From NCBI RefSeq assembly GCF_036365525.1, contig NC_090380.1, positions 109,577,942-109,641,941 of the forward strand: a stretch of DNA of 64,000 nt, given 5' to 3'. Each line of letters begins with the position of its first letter. Within the stretch, counting starts at the first letter, position 1. The stretch comes from Heterodontus francisci (lineage: Eukaryota). Made by a program: the position numbers and the translations under genes. Shown here piece after piece: positions 36,795 to 50,135 of this stretch. Under the pieces are notes generated by a model. It had not been told where the DNA came from, ran no database searches, and saw nothing but the letters and a program-made list of their open reading frames with translations.

Positions 36795-38715
36795 TTAAAA
36801 GCAGAGAAGTTATGTTAAACTTATATAGAAACATAGTTAAACCATAATTGGAGTACTATGCAAATTTCTAGTCTCCATATTATGAAAAGGACATCGAGGC
36901 ACAGGAGCAGGTGCAAATAAGATTTACAAGGATACCAAATCTGTGAGTTTATTCCTATCAGCAACAGTAGAACAGGTTGGGGCTCTTTTCTTTAGAAAAG
37001 AAAGGTCTGAGGAGGAACAATGAGGTCTACAACATCATGAAAAGATTTGATATGGTAGATATTAAGATCTTTCCACTTCTGGGGGAAGATCGAATCTGGG
37101 AGCCATCAATATTTGGTAGAAACATAGAAAATTTATGACAAGAAGGAGACCATTCAGCACACCATGTCTGTCCCTGCTAAAAATGAGCCATCCAGCCTTA
37201 TCCCATTTTCCAGCTCTTGATCTGTAGCCATGTAGGTTACAGCACTTTAAGTGCATATCCAAGTATTTTTTAAATGCGATAAGGGTTTCTGCCTCTACCA
37301 CCCTTTCAGACAGTGAGGTCCAGATCCCACCACCCTCTGAGTGAAAAAATCTCCACTACTCTCCTCTAATCCTTCTGCCAATTACTTTAACTCAATGACC
37401 CCTGGTTATTGACCTCTCTTCTAAGGGAAATAGGTCCTTCCTATTCACTCTATCTTGGCCCTCATAATTTAATACACCTCAATTGAATCTCTTCTCAGAC
37501 TCCTCTGTTCCTAAAAAAACAAACCCAGCCTATCCAATCTTACTTCATAGCTAAAATTCTCCATTCCTGACACATCCTCATAAATCTTCTCTCTACCCTC
37601 TCTAGTGTGATCCCATCTTCCTGTAATGCAGTGACTGGAACTGTATGCAGTACTCTAGCTGTGGCCTAACTCATGTTTCATACAGTTAGAGCATAACCTA
37701 ATAGGCCCCACTCCATCTTACTGCTCGCTTTCTATCTGCATGCCATTAGAAGATCTTTGGGTTCCCTTTTATGTTGAATGCCATTCTATTCTTATGTTCT
37801 CTCTCTGCCAGTCTTATTTTCCTCTTCACCTCCCCTCTCAACTTATTGTATATGGCCTGATTCTCACTTGATGAGTTCACCTGTCATGTATCATACACCC
37901 TCTTTTTTTGTCTCATCATAATCTCAATCTCCGTCGTCATTCAAGGTGCATATTCTTGGTCCCCCTACCTTTCGCCCTTGTTGGAACGTACCTAGCCTGT
38001 GCTTGAAGCATCTCTTCCTTAAAGATATCCCATTGTTCTGAGGCAGCTCTTCCTGTCAGTCATTGGTTCCATTCTACCCTGGCTAGATCCGCTCTCATTG
38101 CGTTGAAATTAGCCGTCTTCCAATCTAGACATTCTACCTTATTTTGTTCCTTGCTTTTCTGCATTACGAGTAAACCTTATAATATAATGATCACTCTTAC
38201 CCAAGTGCTCCCTGACAGACAGTAGGTCCACTTGGCCCACCTCATTTCCCAGCACCAGATCCAGCAATGCCTCCTTTCTAGTTAGGCTGAGAATTGACTG
38301 ATCAATGAAGTTCTCCTGAACATAATCCAGAAATTCCTTCCCCTCCTTATCTTTTATACTAAAATTATCCCAATTGATATTTGGGTAATTAAAGTCCCCC
38401 AGTAACACCAGCCTATAGTTCTTGTACATCTCTGTGATTTCCCTGCAGAATTGCTCCTCTCTCTCTCTCTGTCACTAGTTGGAGGTCTATAGAATGCAGA
38501 ACTTGCTACCACAAAAAGTAGTCGAGATGAATAGCATAGATACATTTAGGGGGAAGCTCGATAAATACATGAGAAGGAATGGAAGAGAAGGATCTGCTGA
38601 TAGGATGAGGAGAAGGGGGATGGGATGAGGTATGTGTGGAGAATAAACACCAGCATAAACTAGTGAGGCTGAATGACCTATTTGTGTGCTGGTAATTCTA
38701 TGTAATTCTATGAAA
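36795..38715. mobile_element. Old CR1 (+; 36795-37115 and 38500-38715) interrupted by an internally deleted CR1 (-; 37117-38495)
   Basis: ORFs 37062..37301 (ORF2 end) and 38139..38429 (LLGDFNYPNINW...SDH) on the minus strand. Confidence 0.75.
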
Positions 38716-40102
38716 CAGCATTGTGGATGCACCAAAATCACGTGGACTTTCACCAGGACTCAATGAGTTACTACAAAGAGTTATTTTGTGGTGGGAATGA
38801 TTAACCCTGGCTTTGTTTACCTGAAATGGGAAAGTGTTCCATTCCTCAGCATTAGCATCCTTCACATTGATGAGCACAAACTGTTCAACAATAAATTATT
38901 TCAGATAAAGTCAAGACAGGCAGGTGCATGGGAACACCAGCACCTACAAGCTCCCCTTCAAGTCACACACCATCCTGACTTGAACTGTTTCTTCATCATT
39001 GCTGGGTCAAAATCCTGGAACTCTCTCCCTAACAGCACTTTGGGTGCACTGATACCACATGGGCTGTCGTGGTTCAGGAAGGCAGCTCACCATTACCTTC
39101 TCAAAGGAAATTAGGGATGGGCAATAAATGCTGAGCCTGCCAACAATGCCATGAACAAATAAAAAATAAAATAATAATGCTGAGTGAAAATTGTATATAA
39201 TTATTTGGGAACAGTATCCAGGCTGAGAAGAGGCCACATCAAATCAAAATATCTTTTGAATAAAAATTGTGGTAAACATGATGGGAGAAGAATGGGTACT
39301 TAAGAAACCTATATTTCTGGAGCGATGTTTTCAGAGCCAGTTTAGAATTTCTTGAGTCAATTGTGCACAAAAGCACAACCAAACCCAATCAAGAGCAATA
39401 TAAGTGTAAAGGCCTACTAATACTTACTTGAGAAGGAGTAAAAAGAGTCCCTTTTTAAAAAGCATCTTATCATGTTTTGTCAGGAACATCTCAAGCATTT
39501 TTCATATACAGTGAACTACTTTTTGAAATGTGGGCAAATATGGCAGCCATTTCTCACACAGCAAGATCTCACAAACATCAGTGAGTAGTTAATTTGATTT
39601 TGGTGGTTTTAATAGGCTATGGTTTGGCCAGAAACCAGAGGACACAGTGCTTATCATTCTAGGATTCTAATGTTGGACAGGCCCATCTTTGCACTTCTTC
39701 AAGTGTCTTGAAAGCCAATTTGAAGCAGTGGAGAGACGGACATTTAAACTACAATGGATCTTATAAACTCACTCATAGCAAAGATTTAGGTGCAAGTGGA
39801 TGAAATCTGATGGCCTTAGAAATGTAGATGGCATTAAATAATTGTTTTCAGTGTGATTCGAAGAGATGTATGTCATTGTCAGTTTAATAATGGGTAACAA
39901 ATCATTGACTTGGTGGATTGGGATAACTTGTGTGAGAATGGAAATTGAAATATTAAAATTACTATCTCTTCTGCCAACCTTCTCCCCTCTCCCCATTGTC
40001 AAGTGTGTAAAAGCACTGCTTGGTCTAATGTGAGGCCAAAAGAGACTGATAACTCCTAGGTCCAATTCTCAATTTGTGCTGAGCTTGCTGATCTCAGCTT
40101 GG

Positions 40103-40420
40103 AAAAGAAAGACAGACATTTATATAGTACCTTTCATCCCAAAGCACTTTACAGCCAATGAAGTACTTTTGAAGTGTAGTCACTGTTGTAATGTAGGAAA
40201 TGTGGCTGCCAATTTGTGCATAGCAAGTTCCCACAAAAAAAACAATGTGATAATGGCCATATAATCTGTTTTTCGTGATGTTGATTGAGGGATAAATATT
40301 GGCCAGGATACCAGGGAGAACTCCCCTGCTCTTCTTTAAAATAGTGCAGTGAAGCTTTTACATCTGCCCAAGAGGGCAGATGGGAGTTCAGTTTAATGTC
40401 TCATCCAAAAGACAGCGTAT
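40103..40420 (-). mobile_element. Deu-domain SINE 3' part
   Basis: Reverse-complement match to the 10740 copy. Confidence 0.75.
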
Positions 40421-41329
40421 CTATAAGATTATCATGCATTAATTTTCTAATAATTGTTTTACTGATTCATTTATCGATATACTGTTATGAGGATAAGACT
40501 CTGTCTTTGACAATGTTGTAATCTGAGTAATTCTAAAATGCAAACCATATGTTTGAACAAACGTTTCTGTTCCGTTGGGTCATCTTAGGGAAGTACTTGG
40601 CATTAATGAGTAACTGAAACTTGTGAATCACATCAGCAATTACTATTGTCTGCAAAAGGTTAATGTATTAAGTTAATAAATGTAACAATGGGTGTGGACA
40701 AAAATGATTAGGCTAATTGAGTCAGATGACCAACACTTTGGGGGCATAAAAGAAGGGGGATTTAACAGTCAGAAACAGAGTTCGAAAAGAAGGAGAAGAC
40801 ATTTAGCTTGTGTGGGTGGACATAATGTTAGCAGGAGCCTAACAGTCACCTATCTAAAGAACAATACAACCTGTGGTACTCTGTCCAATTTTCAACAGGT
40901 GATACATAATATGTTTGGAACTGTAAATTACTGCTAAACACTGTAATGTGTTAATCTCTGCTGTGGGATAATAAAAGAGATTTACCACAACCAACTGGCG
41001 TCAGGTCCAGAATTCCCGCAAGTGCAACACCTCAGACAGCGCAAGAGTCCCAGCAGAGGACACTGGAGTGTCAGCTTTAACTCTTGAACTCCATTTTCAG
41101 GAGGAGACACACTCACAATCTTCTACCTCAGAGAGAAGAGTGCCAGCAAATGAGCCACAGCGGACACTTAACTACAATAACAGTTAGGCTGAGTGCCATT
41201 GAGTTAGGGAGAGGAAATTATCTAAGGCTCCTACTCTCGATCAATGTCCAGTGCCCCCGTCAAAAGATACATGTGTACAGGTCAGGTGAGGATCGCATTT
41301 GGTTTGGTTGTGACACCCTCAATGTTAAT

Positions 41330-43335
41330 TTTTTTAAATTCATTCATGGAATGTGGGTGTTGCTGGCCAGGGCAGCATTTATTGCCCATCCCTAATTGCC
41401 CTTGAGAAGGTGGTGGTGAGCTGCCTTCTTGAACTGATGCTATCCATGTGGGGTAGGTACACCCACAGTGCTGTTAGGAAGGGGGTTCCAGGATTTTGAC
41501 CCAGCGACAGTGAAGGAACGGTGATATAGTTCCAAGTCAGGATGGTGTGTGACTTGGAGGGGAACTTGCAGGTGGTGGAGTTCCCATGCATTTGCTGCCC
41601 TTGTCTTTCCAGTTGGTAGAAGTTGCAGGTTTGTAAGGGTGCTATCTAAGGAGCCTTGTTGCATTGCTGCAGTGCATCTTGTAGATGGTACACACTGCTG
41701 CCGCTGTGCGCGGTGGTGGAGGGAGTGAATGTTTGTAGATGGGGTGCCAATCAAGGGGACTGCTTTGTCCTGGATGGTGTCGAGCTTCTTGAGTGTTGTT
41801 GGAGCTGCACCCATCCAGACAAGTGGAGAATATTCCATCACACTCCTGACTTGTGCCTTGTAGATGGTGGACAGGCTTTGGGGAGTCAGATGAGTTACTC
41901 GCTGCAGGATTCCTAGCTTCTGACCTGGTCTTGTAGTCACGGCATTTATATGGCCACTCCAGTTACATTTCTGGTCAATGGTAGCCCCTAGGATGTTGAT
42001 AGTGGCGGATTCAGCAATGGTAATGTCATTTAATGTCAAGGGGAGATGGTTAGATTCTTTCTTGTTGGAGATGGTCTTTGCCTGGCACTTGTGTGGCACA
42101 AATGTTACTTGCCACTTCTCAGCCCAAGCTTGGATATTGTCCAAGTCTTGGTGCATTTCTACACGGACTGCTTCAGTATCTGAGGAGTCACGAATGGTGC
42201 TGAACATTGTGCAATCATCAGCGAACATCCCCACTCTGACCTTATGATTGAAGGAAGGTCATTGATGAAGCAGCTGAAGATGGTTGGGCCTAGTACACTA
42301 CCCTGAGGAACTCCTGCAGTGATGTCCTGGAGCTCAGATGATCGATCTCCAAAAAGCACAACCATCTTCCTTTGCGCTAGGTATGACTCCAACCAGCAGA
42401 GGGTTTTCCCCCTGATTCGCACTGACTTCAGTTTTGCTAGGGTGCCTTGATGCCATACTCGGTCAAATGCTGCCTTGATGTCAAGGTCAGTCACTCTCAC
42501 CTCACCTCTTGAGTTCAGTTCTTTTGTCCATATTTGAACCAAGGCTGTAATGAGGACAGGAGCTGAGTGGCCCTGGCGGAACCCAAACGGAGCGTCACTG
42601 AGCAGGTTATTGCTAAGCAAGTGCCGCTTGATGGCACTGTTGATGACACCTTCCATCACTTTACTGATGATTGAGAGTAGGCTGATGGGGCGGTAATTGG
42701 CCAGGTTGAACTTGTCCTGCTTTTTGCGTACAGGACATACCTGGGCAATTTTCCACATTGCAGGGTAGATGCCAGTGTTGTAGCTGTACTGGAATAGCTT
42801 GGTTAGGGGCGCAGCAAGTTCTGAAGCAGAGGTCTTCAGTACTATTGCCGGAATATTGTCAGGGCCCATAGTCTTTGCAGAATCCAGTGCCTTCATTCGT
42901 TTCTTGAAATCACGCGGAGTGAATCAAATTGGCTGAAGTCCGGCATCTGTGATGCTGGGGACTTCAGGAGGAGGACGAGATGGATCATCAACTTGGCACT
43001 TCTGGCTGAAGATTGTTGCAAATGCTTCAGCCTTATCTTTCGCATTGATGTGCTGGGCTCCCCCATCATTGAGGATGGGGATATGTGTGGAGCCACCTCC
43101 TCCAGTTAGTTGTTTAATTGTCCACCACCAATTATGGCCAGATGTGGCAGGAGTGTAGAGCTTAGATCTGATCCATTGATTATGGCATCGCTTAGCTCTG
43201 TCTATTGCATGCTGCTTACGCAGTTTGGCACTCAGATAGTCCTGTATTGTCGTTTCACCAGGTTGACACCTCATTTTGAGGTATGCCCGGTGCTGCTCCT
43301 GGCATGCTCTCCTGCACTCTTCATTGAACCAGGGT
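41330..43335 (-). mobile_element. CR1-group LINE family B, 5'-truncated
   Basis: ORFs 42924..43427, 42159..42896 (NYRPISLL, DIKAAFDRVWH, GVPQGSVLGP), 41440..42234 (MFADD). Confidence 0.9.
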
Positions 43336-43619
43336 CTACCAGCACTCATTGTACAGGTCCATGCATAACACTCATGAATTTTCTTATTAGCAAAGCAAAT
43401 GGCCAAATCTAAGCCATGGGCACACAATAATGAGAAAAGATAGCAAACAGACGTTGTTTTAACACTTCAGGATTGTTACAATCTTCTAGCTAATCAGATA
43501 TTGTTGTATGATTTATTTGGAGGCTGCTTGACTGAATTGCCAAGGAAACAGGTTAATAGAAGTTAATTGCTCCCAACCAAGCTGGATTCATTTTTCTGGA
43601 AAGTCATAACCAGAGACTA

Positions 43620-44322
43620 TGGGCTGGATTTTACATCGGGTGGAAGGGAGCTGGCCACCGACGTAAAAGTCAGTGGCGAACCCACTGCCGTCTAGCCTGG
43701 GGATCCGTCCCGCATTTTAATTGTCCCGAGGCAGGACTTCCACCCGCTTAAGGGAGGAAGTCCCACCTCATTGAGCTGCCGGTCAATCAATGGGCTGGCA
43801 GCTCTTAGTCCCAGCAGCACCACTGGGAGTGGTGGTCACTGCTGGGACTGCAGCCCAGCCGAGGACACGGAGCCAGGACTGCAGGTAAGTTTGGGTTGCC
43901 TTGCCGGAGTAATCATTCGGGCCCCAGCAAGGCAAAGGTGGTCGTTTGGGGGGCATCTTGGGCCCTGGGGGTTGTTGGGGAAGAGGGGACGGCCCTCAAT
44001 TGGGCACCCTGTGCCCGATTGTCAGGGCCCCTCTGGAACACGGAGAGGCCGACAACATTCACCGGGCAGCTTTTCCCAGCTCCAGCATGCCCACTTGCCA
44101 TGGGGAAAATCCCCGTGGAGGCGGGCAAAGGCCCTTAAGTGGCAGTTAAGTGGCCACTCAAGGGCTGGGGCGGGCAGCCTGTTTTTCCGCACCCCCGCCA
44201 CCCTACGTAAAGTGGGGCAGAGGCGGGAGTGGGTCAGGAAGGCTCCCGCAGCCTCCCGCTCAATTTTACACCACCAACCCCCGCCACCATCCAGCTTGCT
44301 GGGGTGGCGTAAAATTCCGGCA
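43620..44322 (+). mobile_element. GC-rich MITE-like DNA transposon (possibly PIF/Harbinger)
   Basis: Inverted termini GGCTGGATTTTAC / GTAAAATTCCGGC; core shared with two other copies. Confidence 0.65.
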
Positions 44323-45194
44323 TGTATCATGAGCCCAGAAATTGAGTCGAGGAAGCTTCACAGCAGGAATTTTGAGCTGTGAATGATGTGAGGCCTTTTA
44401 TTCAGTTTCCGACATTAAATCACAGTGCTCAGGTCTCCCCGAGCAGACGCACCTGCCACTGGCCCCTCCTCAGCACCCACAGTATGAAGTACGAGAATGT
44501 CTGGCAGCCCTACCCAGGGGCCACACTGAACGGACCTGCCAATGTTGGAACCCGGCTGCCATTCCTAATTGGACAGGCCTCCCAGAGGTGTTTTCTTAGT
44601 TGGCTGCCTCCGGGAAGATTGTGTCCGACATCCTGCCATGGCCACTTCTGGATTCCTGACCTGGAATTGAGCTTGCCATCAGGATCGCGACACACCTACC
44701 CAGGAAAATTCAGCCCCTGATCTCTATCTTGTCAGTACTCACACATTTATTTTTTACCTCAACTGTGTCTTTTTTTTGTGCCAAGAATTCGCATTAGTCT
44801 GCTGATGCCCATGTTTGCCCAGAATCTGCTTGCATCTAATGCAATTACAGAATTTTCAATTGGAGATTACTCTGTTATGCAATACAGCAGCAAGAACTCT
44901 GCCAGCTCTCAAATGAGCCCATCTCTACGTGATCTCATCCAAGCCCTCATAAAAGGGTTCTGAAGCAAAATGCAGGCCATCTGAACAACGATCGAAGGCC
45001 TTTGTGTCAGGTTGCATTGGTAGCCCTCTCGTCTCTGAAGCAGAAGGTTTTGATATAAAAACACTTCTTGGTATTGAACAGACAAATTAGGCTGAGGCAT
45101 CAATGTTATACCCAGAGAGCTGCATCGATAGAAGCATGATAACGAAGGGCCTGTTTCAGTGCTGTATCTCTAAATTGAATAAATAAAATAAAAA

Positions 45195-45513
45195 ATACAA
45201 GAAGCACTGCAGCAACTCGCCAAGTCTCCTTTCGCAGCATCTTCCAAACCGCATCCTCTACCACCTAGAAGGGCAAGGGCAGCAGACACATGGGATCATC
45301 ACCACCTGCAAATTGCTGTCCAAGTCACACACCATCCTGACCTGTAAATATGTCACTGTTCCTTCACTGTCACTTGGTCAAGATCCTGGAACTCCCCTCC
45401 TAACAGCACTGTGGGTGTGCAGCTCACCACCACCTTCTCAAAGGTAATTCGGGATGGGAAATAAATGCTGTCATTGCCAGTGATGGTCACATCCCACGAA
45501 TGAATAAAAAAAA
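45195..45513 (+). mobile_element. 3' end of the family-B LINE, inverted relative to its body
   Basis: tacaagaagcactgcagcaac is the expected continuation of the body ending at ~46188. Confidence 0.75.
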
Positions 45514-45860
45514 ACTTAAAACATATTATCTGGTCATGTATCTCATTGCTGTTTGTGGGACTTTGCTGTTGTGTTTTCTACAACAGTAACTAACTTTTGA
45601 TGTTCTTCATTGTCTGTGAAGTGCTTTTGGAGGTCCTGAGGTCATGAAAAGTGCTATAGCAATGCAAGTTCTTTCTTTCCTAAATAACTGCAGACATTAC
45701 AAAGTATGATATAATATTCAGTTATACATCCTATATAGTTTGGTCAAATGGGCCTTTCTAGTGCTTAAAATTTCTTATGTATTAGTTGGATATGGGCCGA
45801 ATGGACTCCTTCTATGCTGTAAATGGCTCTATGATTCAGGTAACAACCTTACGTTCATTA

Positions 45861-46187
45861 TTTTTTTTTTATTTAGAGATACAGCACTGAAACAGGCCCT
45901 TCGGCCCACCGAGTCCGTGCTGACCAACAACCACCCATTTATACTAATCCTACATTAATCCCATATTCCCTACCATATCCCCACCATTCTCCTACCACCT
46001 ACCTACACTAGGGGCAATTTACAATGGCCAATTTACCTATCAACCTGCAAGTCTTTGGCTGTGGGAGGAAACCGGAGCACCCGGTGGAAACCCACGCGGT
46101 CACAGGGAGAATTTGCAAACTCCGCACAGGCAGTACCCAGAACTGAACCTGGGTCGCTGGAGCTGTGAGGCTGCGGTGCTAACCACG
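45861..46187 (-). mobile_element. V-SINE (HE1-like)
   Basis: Reverse complement of the 28827 element, with A-rich tail. Confidence 0.88.
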
Positions 46188-48962
46188 GTATATGGTACAC
46201 ACTGCTGCCACTGTGTGCCGGTGGTGAAGGGAGTGAATGTTGAAGTTGTGGATGGGGTGCCAATGAAGCGGGCTGCTTTGTCCCGGATAGTGTTGAACTT
46301 CTTGAGTGTTGTTGGAGCAGCACCCATCCAGGCAAATGGAGAGTATTCCATCACACTCCTGTCTTTTGCCTTGCAGATTGTGGACAGGTTTTTGGGAGTC
46401 AGGAGGTAGGTTACTCACCACAGAATTCCCTGTATCTGACCTGCTCTTGGAGCTATTGTGATTATGTGGCTGGTCCAGTTCAGTTTCTGATCAATGATAA
46501 CCTCCAGGATGTTGATGGTGGGGCATTCAGCGATAATGATCCTGTTGAATGTCAAGGGACATGGTTAGATTCTCTCTTGGTGGAGATAGTCATTGCTTTC
46601 CACTTATGTGAATTAGATGTTTCTTACCACTTATTAGCTCAAGCCTGAATGTTGTCCAGGTCTTGTCGCATTTCTACACAGACTGCTTCAATATTTGAGG
46701 AGTCGCGAATGGTGCTGAACATTGTGCAATCATCAGCGAACATCCCCACTTCTGACCTTATGATTGAAGGGAGGTCATTGATGAAACAGCTGAAGATGGT
46801 TGGGCCTAGTACACTACCCTGAGGAACTCCTGCAGTGATGTCCTGGAGCTCAGATGTTTGACCTCCAACAATCACAACCATCTTCCTTTGTGTAAGGTAT
46901 GACTCCAACCAGTGGTGAGTTTTTCCCCTGATTCCAGTTTTGCTAGGGCTCCTTGATGCCATACTGTCAAATGCTGCCTTGATGTCAAGGGCAGTCACTC
47001 TCACTTCACCTCTGGAATTCAGCTCTTTTGTCCATGTTTGGACCAACGCTGTAGTGAGGTCAGGAGCCAAGTGGCCCTGGCTGAACCTAAACTGAGCATC
47101 AGTTATTAGCAAGTACAGCTTGATAACACTGTCCACGATACCTTCCATCACTTTGCTGATGATTGAGATTAGACTGATAGTTTGGTAATTGGCTGGGCTA
47201 GAATTCTGCTGCTTTTTAATGGATAGGACATACCTGGGCAATTTTCCACATTGCCGGGTAGATGCCAGAGCTGTAGCTGTATTGGAAAATCTTGGCGAGG
47301 GGCGCAGCTAGTTTTGGAGTACAAGTCTTCAGCACTACAGTCAGAATGCTGTCAGGGCCCACAGCCTTTGCTGTATCCAGTGCAGTCTAGTTGGAACCCT
47401 TGGAGGAAGCTGAGATGGATCTTTATTTGACACCTATTGCTGAAGATGGTTGCAAATGCTTCAGCCTTGTCTTCTGTACTGATGTGATGGGATCCCACAT
47501 CACTGCGGATGGGGATATTTCTGGAGCCTCCTCCTCCAGTTAGTTGTTTAATGGTCCGCTACCATTCACGACTGGATGTGGTAAGACTGCAAAGCTTTGA
47601 TCTGATCCTTTGATTGGGGGAATCGCTTAGTCCTGTCTATAGCAGGCTGCTGCTGCTGTTTAATATGCGTGTAGTCCTGTATTGTTGCTGCAGCAATTGG
47701 CGCCTCATTTTTAGCTATGACTGGTTCTGCTCCTGGCATATTCTTCTGCACTTCTCATTGAACCAGGGTTGATCCCCCGGCTTGATGGTGATGGTAGAGT
47801 GAGAGATATGCTGGACCATAAATTTACAGATTGTGGTGGAATACAATTGTGCTGCTGCTGATGGCCCACAGCAACTCATGGATTCCCAGTTTTGCATTGC
47901 TGGATCTGTTCTGAATCTATCCTCTTTAGCAAAGTGGCAGTGCCACACAACATGATGGAGGGTATCCTCAGTAGAAAGACTGGACTTCATCTCCACAAGG
48001 ACTGTGCAGTAGTCACTCCTACCAATACTGTCATGGATAAACATATCTCCGATTGATAGATTGGTGAGGACGAGGTCAAGTAGGTTTTCCCTTGTGTTGG
48101 TTCCCTTACCACCTGCCGCAGGCCCAGTCTGGCAGATATGTCCTTTAGGACTCGGCCAGCTCGGTCAGTAGTGGTGCTACTGAGCCACTCTTTGGTGACG
48201 GACATTGAAGTTCTCCAGCCAGAGTACATTCTTTGCCCTTGCCACTCTCAACGCTTCCCTCCAAGTGGTGTTCAGCATGAAGGATTACTAATTTATCAGC
48301 TGACAGGGTGGGGTAGGTGATAATCAGCAGGAGGTTTCTTTGCCTCTATTGACCTAATGCCATGACATATAGTAGTGGGACAGGACATACCCAGGGATGG
48401 TGATTGTGGTGTCTGGGACATTGGCTGTAAGGTATGATTCGGTGAGTATGACTGTGTCAGGCTGTTGCTTGACTAGTCTATGGGAAAGCTCTCCCAATTT
48501 TGCCACAAATTCCCAGATGTTATTGAGGAGCACTTTGTAGGGTTGACCGGGCAGGGAGTGTCTTAGTTGTATCTAGGGCCTAGGTCAATGCTAGGTGGTC
48601 CATCTTTTGCATACTTATTTGACTTTTTTGTAGTCATTTTATCTGACAGAGTGATTTACTAGGCCATTTCAGAGTCAACCACATTGCTGTGGGTCTGGAG
48701 TCAGATGTCAGCCAGACCGAGTAAGGGTAGCAGATTTCCTTTTCTGGAGGACATTAGTGAAGCTGATGTGTTTTTTCTTTACAACAATCTGATTGTCCCA
48801 TGGTTACCATTACTAAGACTAGCTTTTTATTCCAGATTTATTTAATTCATTGAATTTAAATTCCCCTGCTGCCATGGTGGAATTTGAACTCATGTCTCCA
48901 CTGTATTAGTCCAGACCTCTGGATTAATAGTTTAGTAGCATATCCCCTGTGCTACCGTGCCC
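46188..48962 (-). mobile_element. tRNA-headed CR1-group LINE family B, 5'-complete
   Basis: A-box TAGCACAGGGG (~48944-48954), B-box GTTCAAATTCC (~48879-48889), APE start NIWEFVAKLGEL...DTVILTE at ~48525, RT ORF 46639..47241. Confidence 0.85.
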
Positions 48963-48964
48963 TC

Positions 48965-49210
48965 AACCATGTTGGTTTAGGGATAGCTATTGGCCAGGTA
49001 ACTCCCCCGCTCTTCTTCAAAATAGTGCCATGGGATCTTTGATGTCCATCTGAGTAGGTAAATAGGGCCTCAGTTTAACACCTGATCCAGAAAGCTGGCA
49101 CCTCTGACAGTGCAGCAATCTCTCAGTACTGCACTGCAGTGTCTGCCTAGGTTATGTGCTGAAGTCTCTGGAGTGGCACTTATGGCCTTCTGACAGAAAG
49201 GCAATAGTGC
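48965..49210 (-). mobile_element. Deu-domain SINE 5' half (host of the family-B insertion)
   Basis: Deu core ends where the LINE head begins; a 3' half lies at 45515-45680 (+). Confidence 0.7.
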
Positions 49211-49844
49211 CTAACTAGCTGTATTTTGTATTTGCTTAATATAATTGTCCTTAAGGCTGTCACAAACTGGAGGAGAAAATTCTTGGACTCTGTGTTTGAT
49301 CATTTGTAATGGAATGACTTTTACGTATTCTGAAAAAGACATCAATTGTATCTTTGTACAAAAATTGGTGGCATTGAGAGATAGAGATTTTAGAAATGAA
49401 CCTTGGAGAAAAAAAAAAGCTGTAAATTGAATGAAAAAAACCTGGAGAAATAGTATTTTTTTGTCAGGCAGGGATATTAAAGGTTACGGAACCAAGGTCA
49501 GTGAATGGAGTTAAGATACAGATCAGCCACAATCTAATTGGAAGTGGAACAGGCTCCAGGGGCTGAATGGCCTTCTCCTGCTCCTACATTGAACAAGAAA
49601 ATGAGACAATTCAATTGGAGTGACTGGGTTAAACAGTGTCCCATTGTGGAACTGGGTAAGTCATCGTGTAAACATCTGCACTAAGGGAGAATAAAACAAT
49701 GACAGTCAACTTTGATAATACTTTATTATAAACAAATTAGACAGATAAGCAGATCCGCCAAGAATAAGAAAAGGTTATGGATGCATAAATCTGCAAGTGT
49801 CCTTTTCAACTCATTGAGATAAGCAGAGGGGTGAACTATAAAAA

Positions 49845-50135
49845 AAGATGGGAGGGGGAGGACAGAAAGAGGAGGGAAGGATGGGAAGAGACAGTGGAGG
49901 CGTTCAGGAAGGGGAAGAGAGCAGAGAGGGGAGGAGAAAGTGAGATGAGGAGAAGGCCGGGAGGGGAGAGAGAGGTGAAGGGAAGAGGGAATGGGGAGAG
50001 GGTAAGCGGGGAGAGGGAATGGGAAGGGAGAGAGAGAGAGAGAGAAAGTGGGGAGGGGCAGGGGAAGAGAGGCAAGGAGGGAGGGGAGAAGGGGGAAGGA
50101 GTAGGGGGAGGGAGAAGGAAGGCTGAGGAAGGGGC
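49845..50135. repeat. Polypurine (GA-rich) low-complexity tract
   Basis: Almost pure G/A on the + strand, including (GA)n. Confidence 0.9.

Noticed and set aside
43771-44382. 203-aa ORF and overlapping ORFs
   Set aside because: Chance ORFs in a GC-rich MITE.
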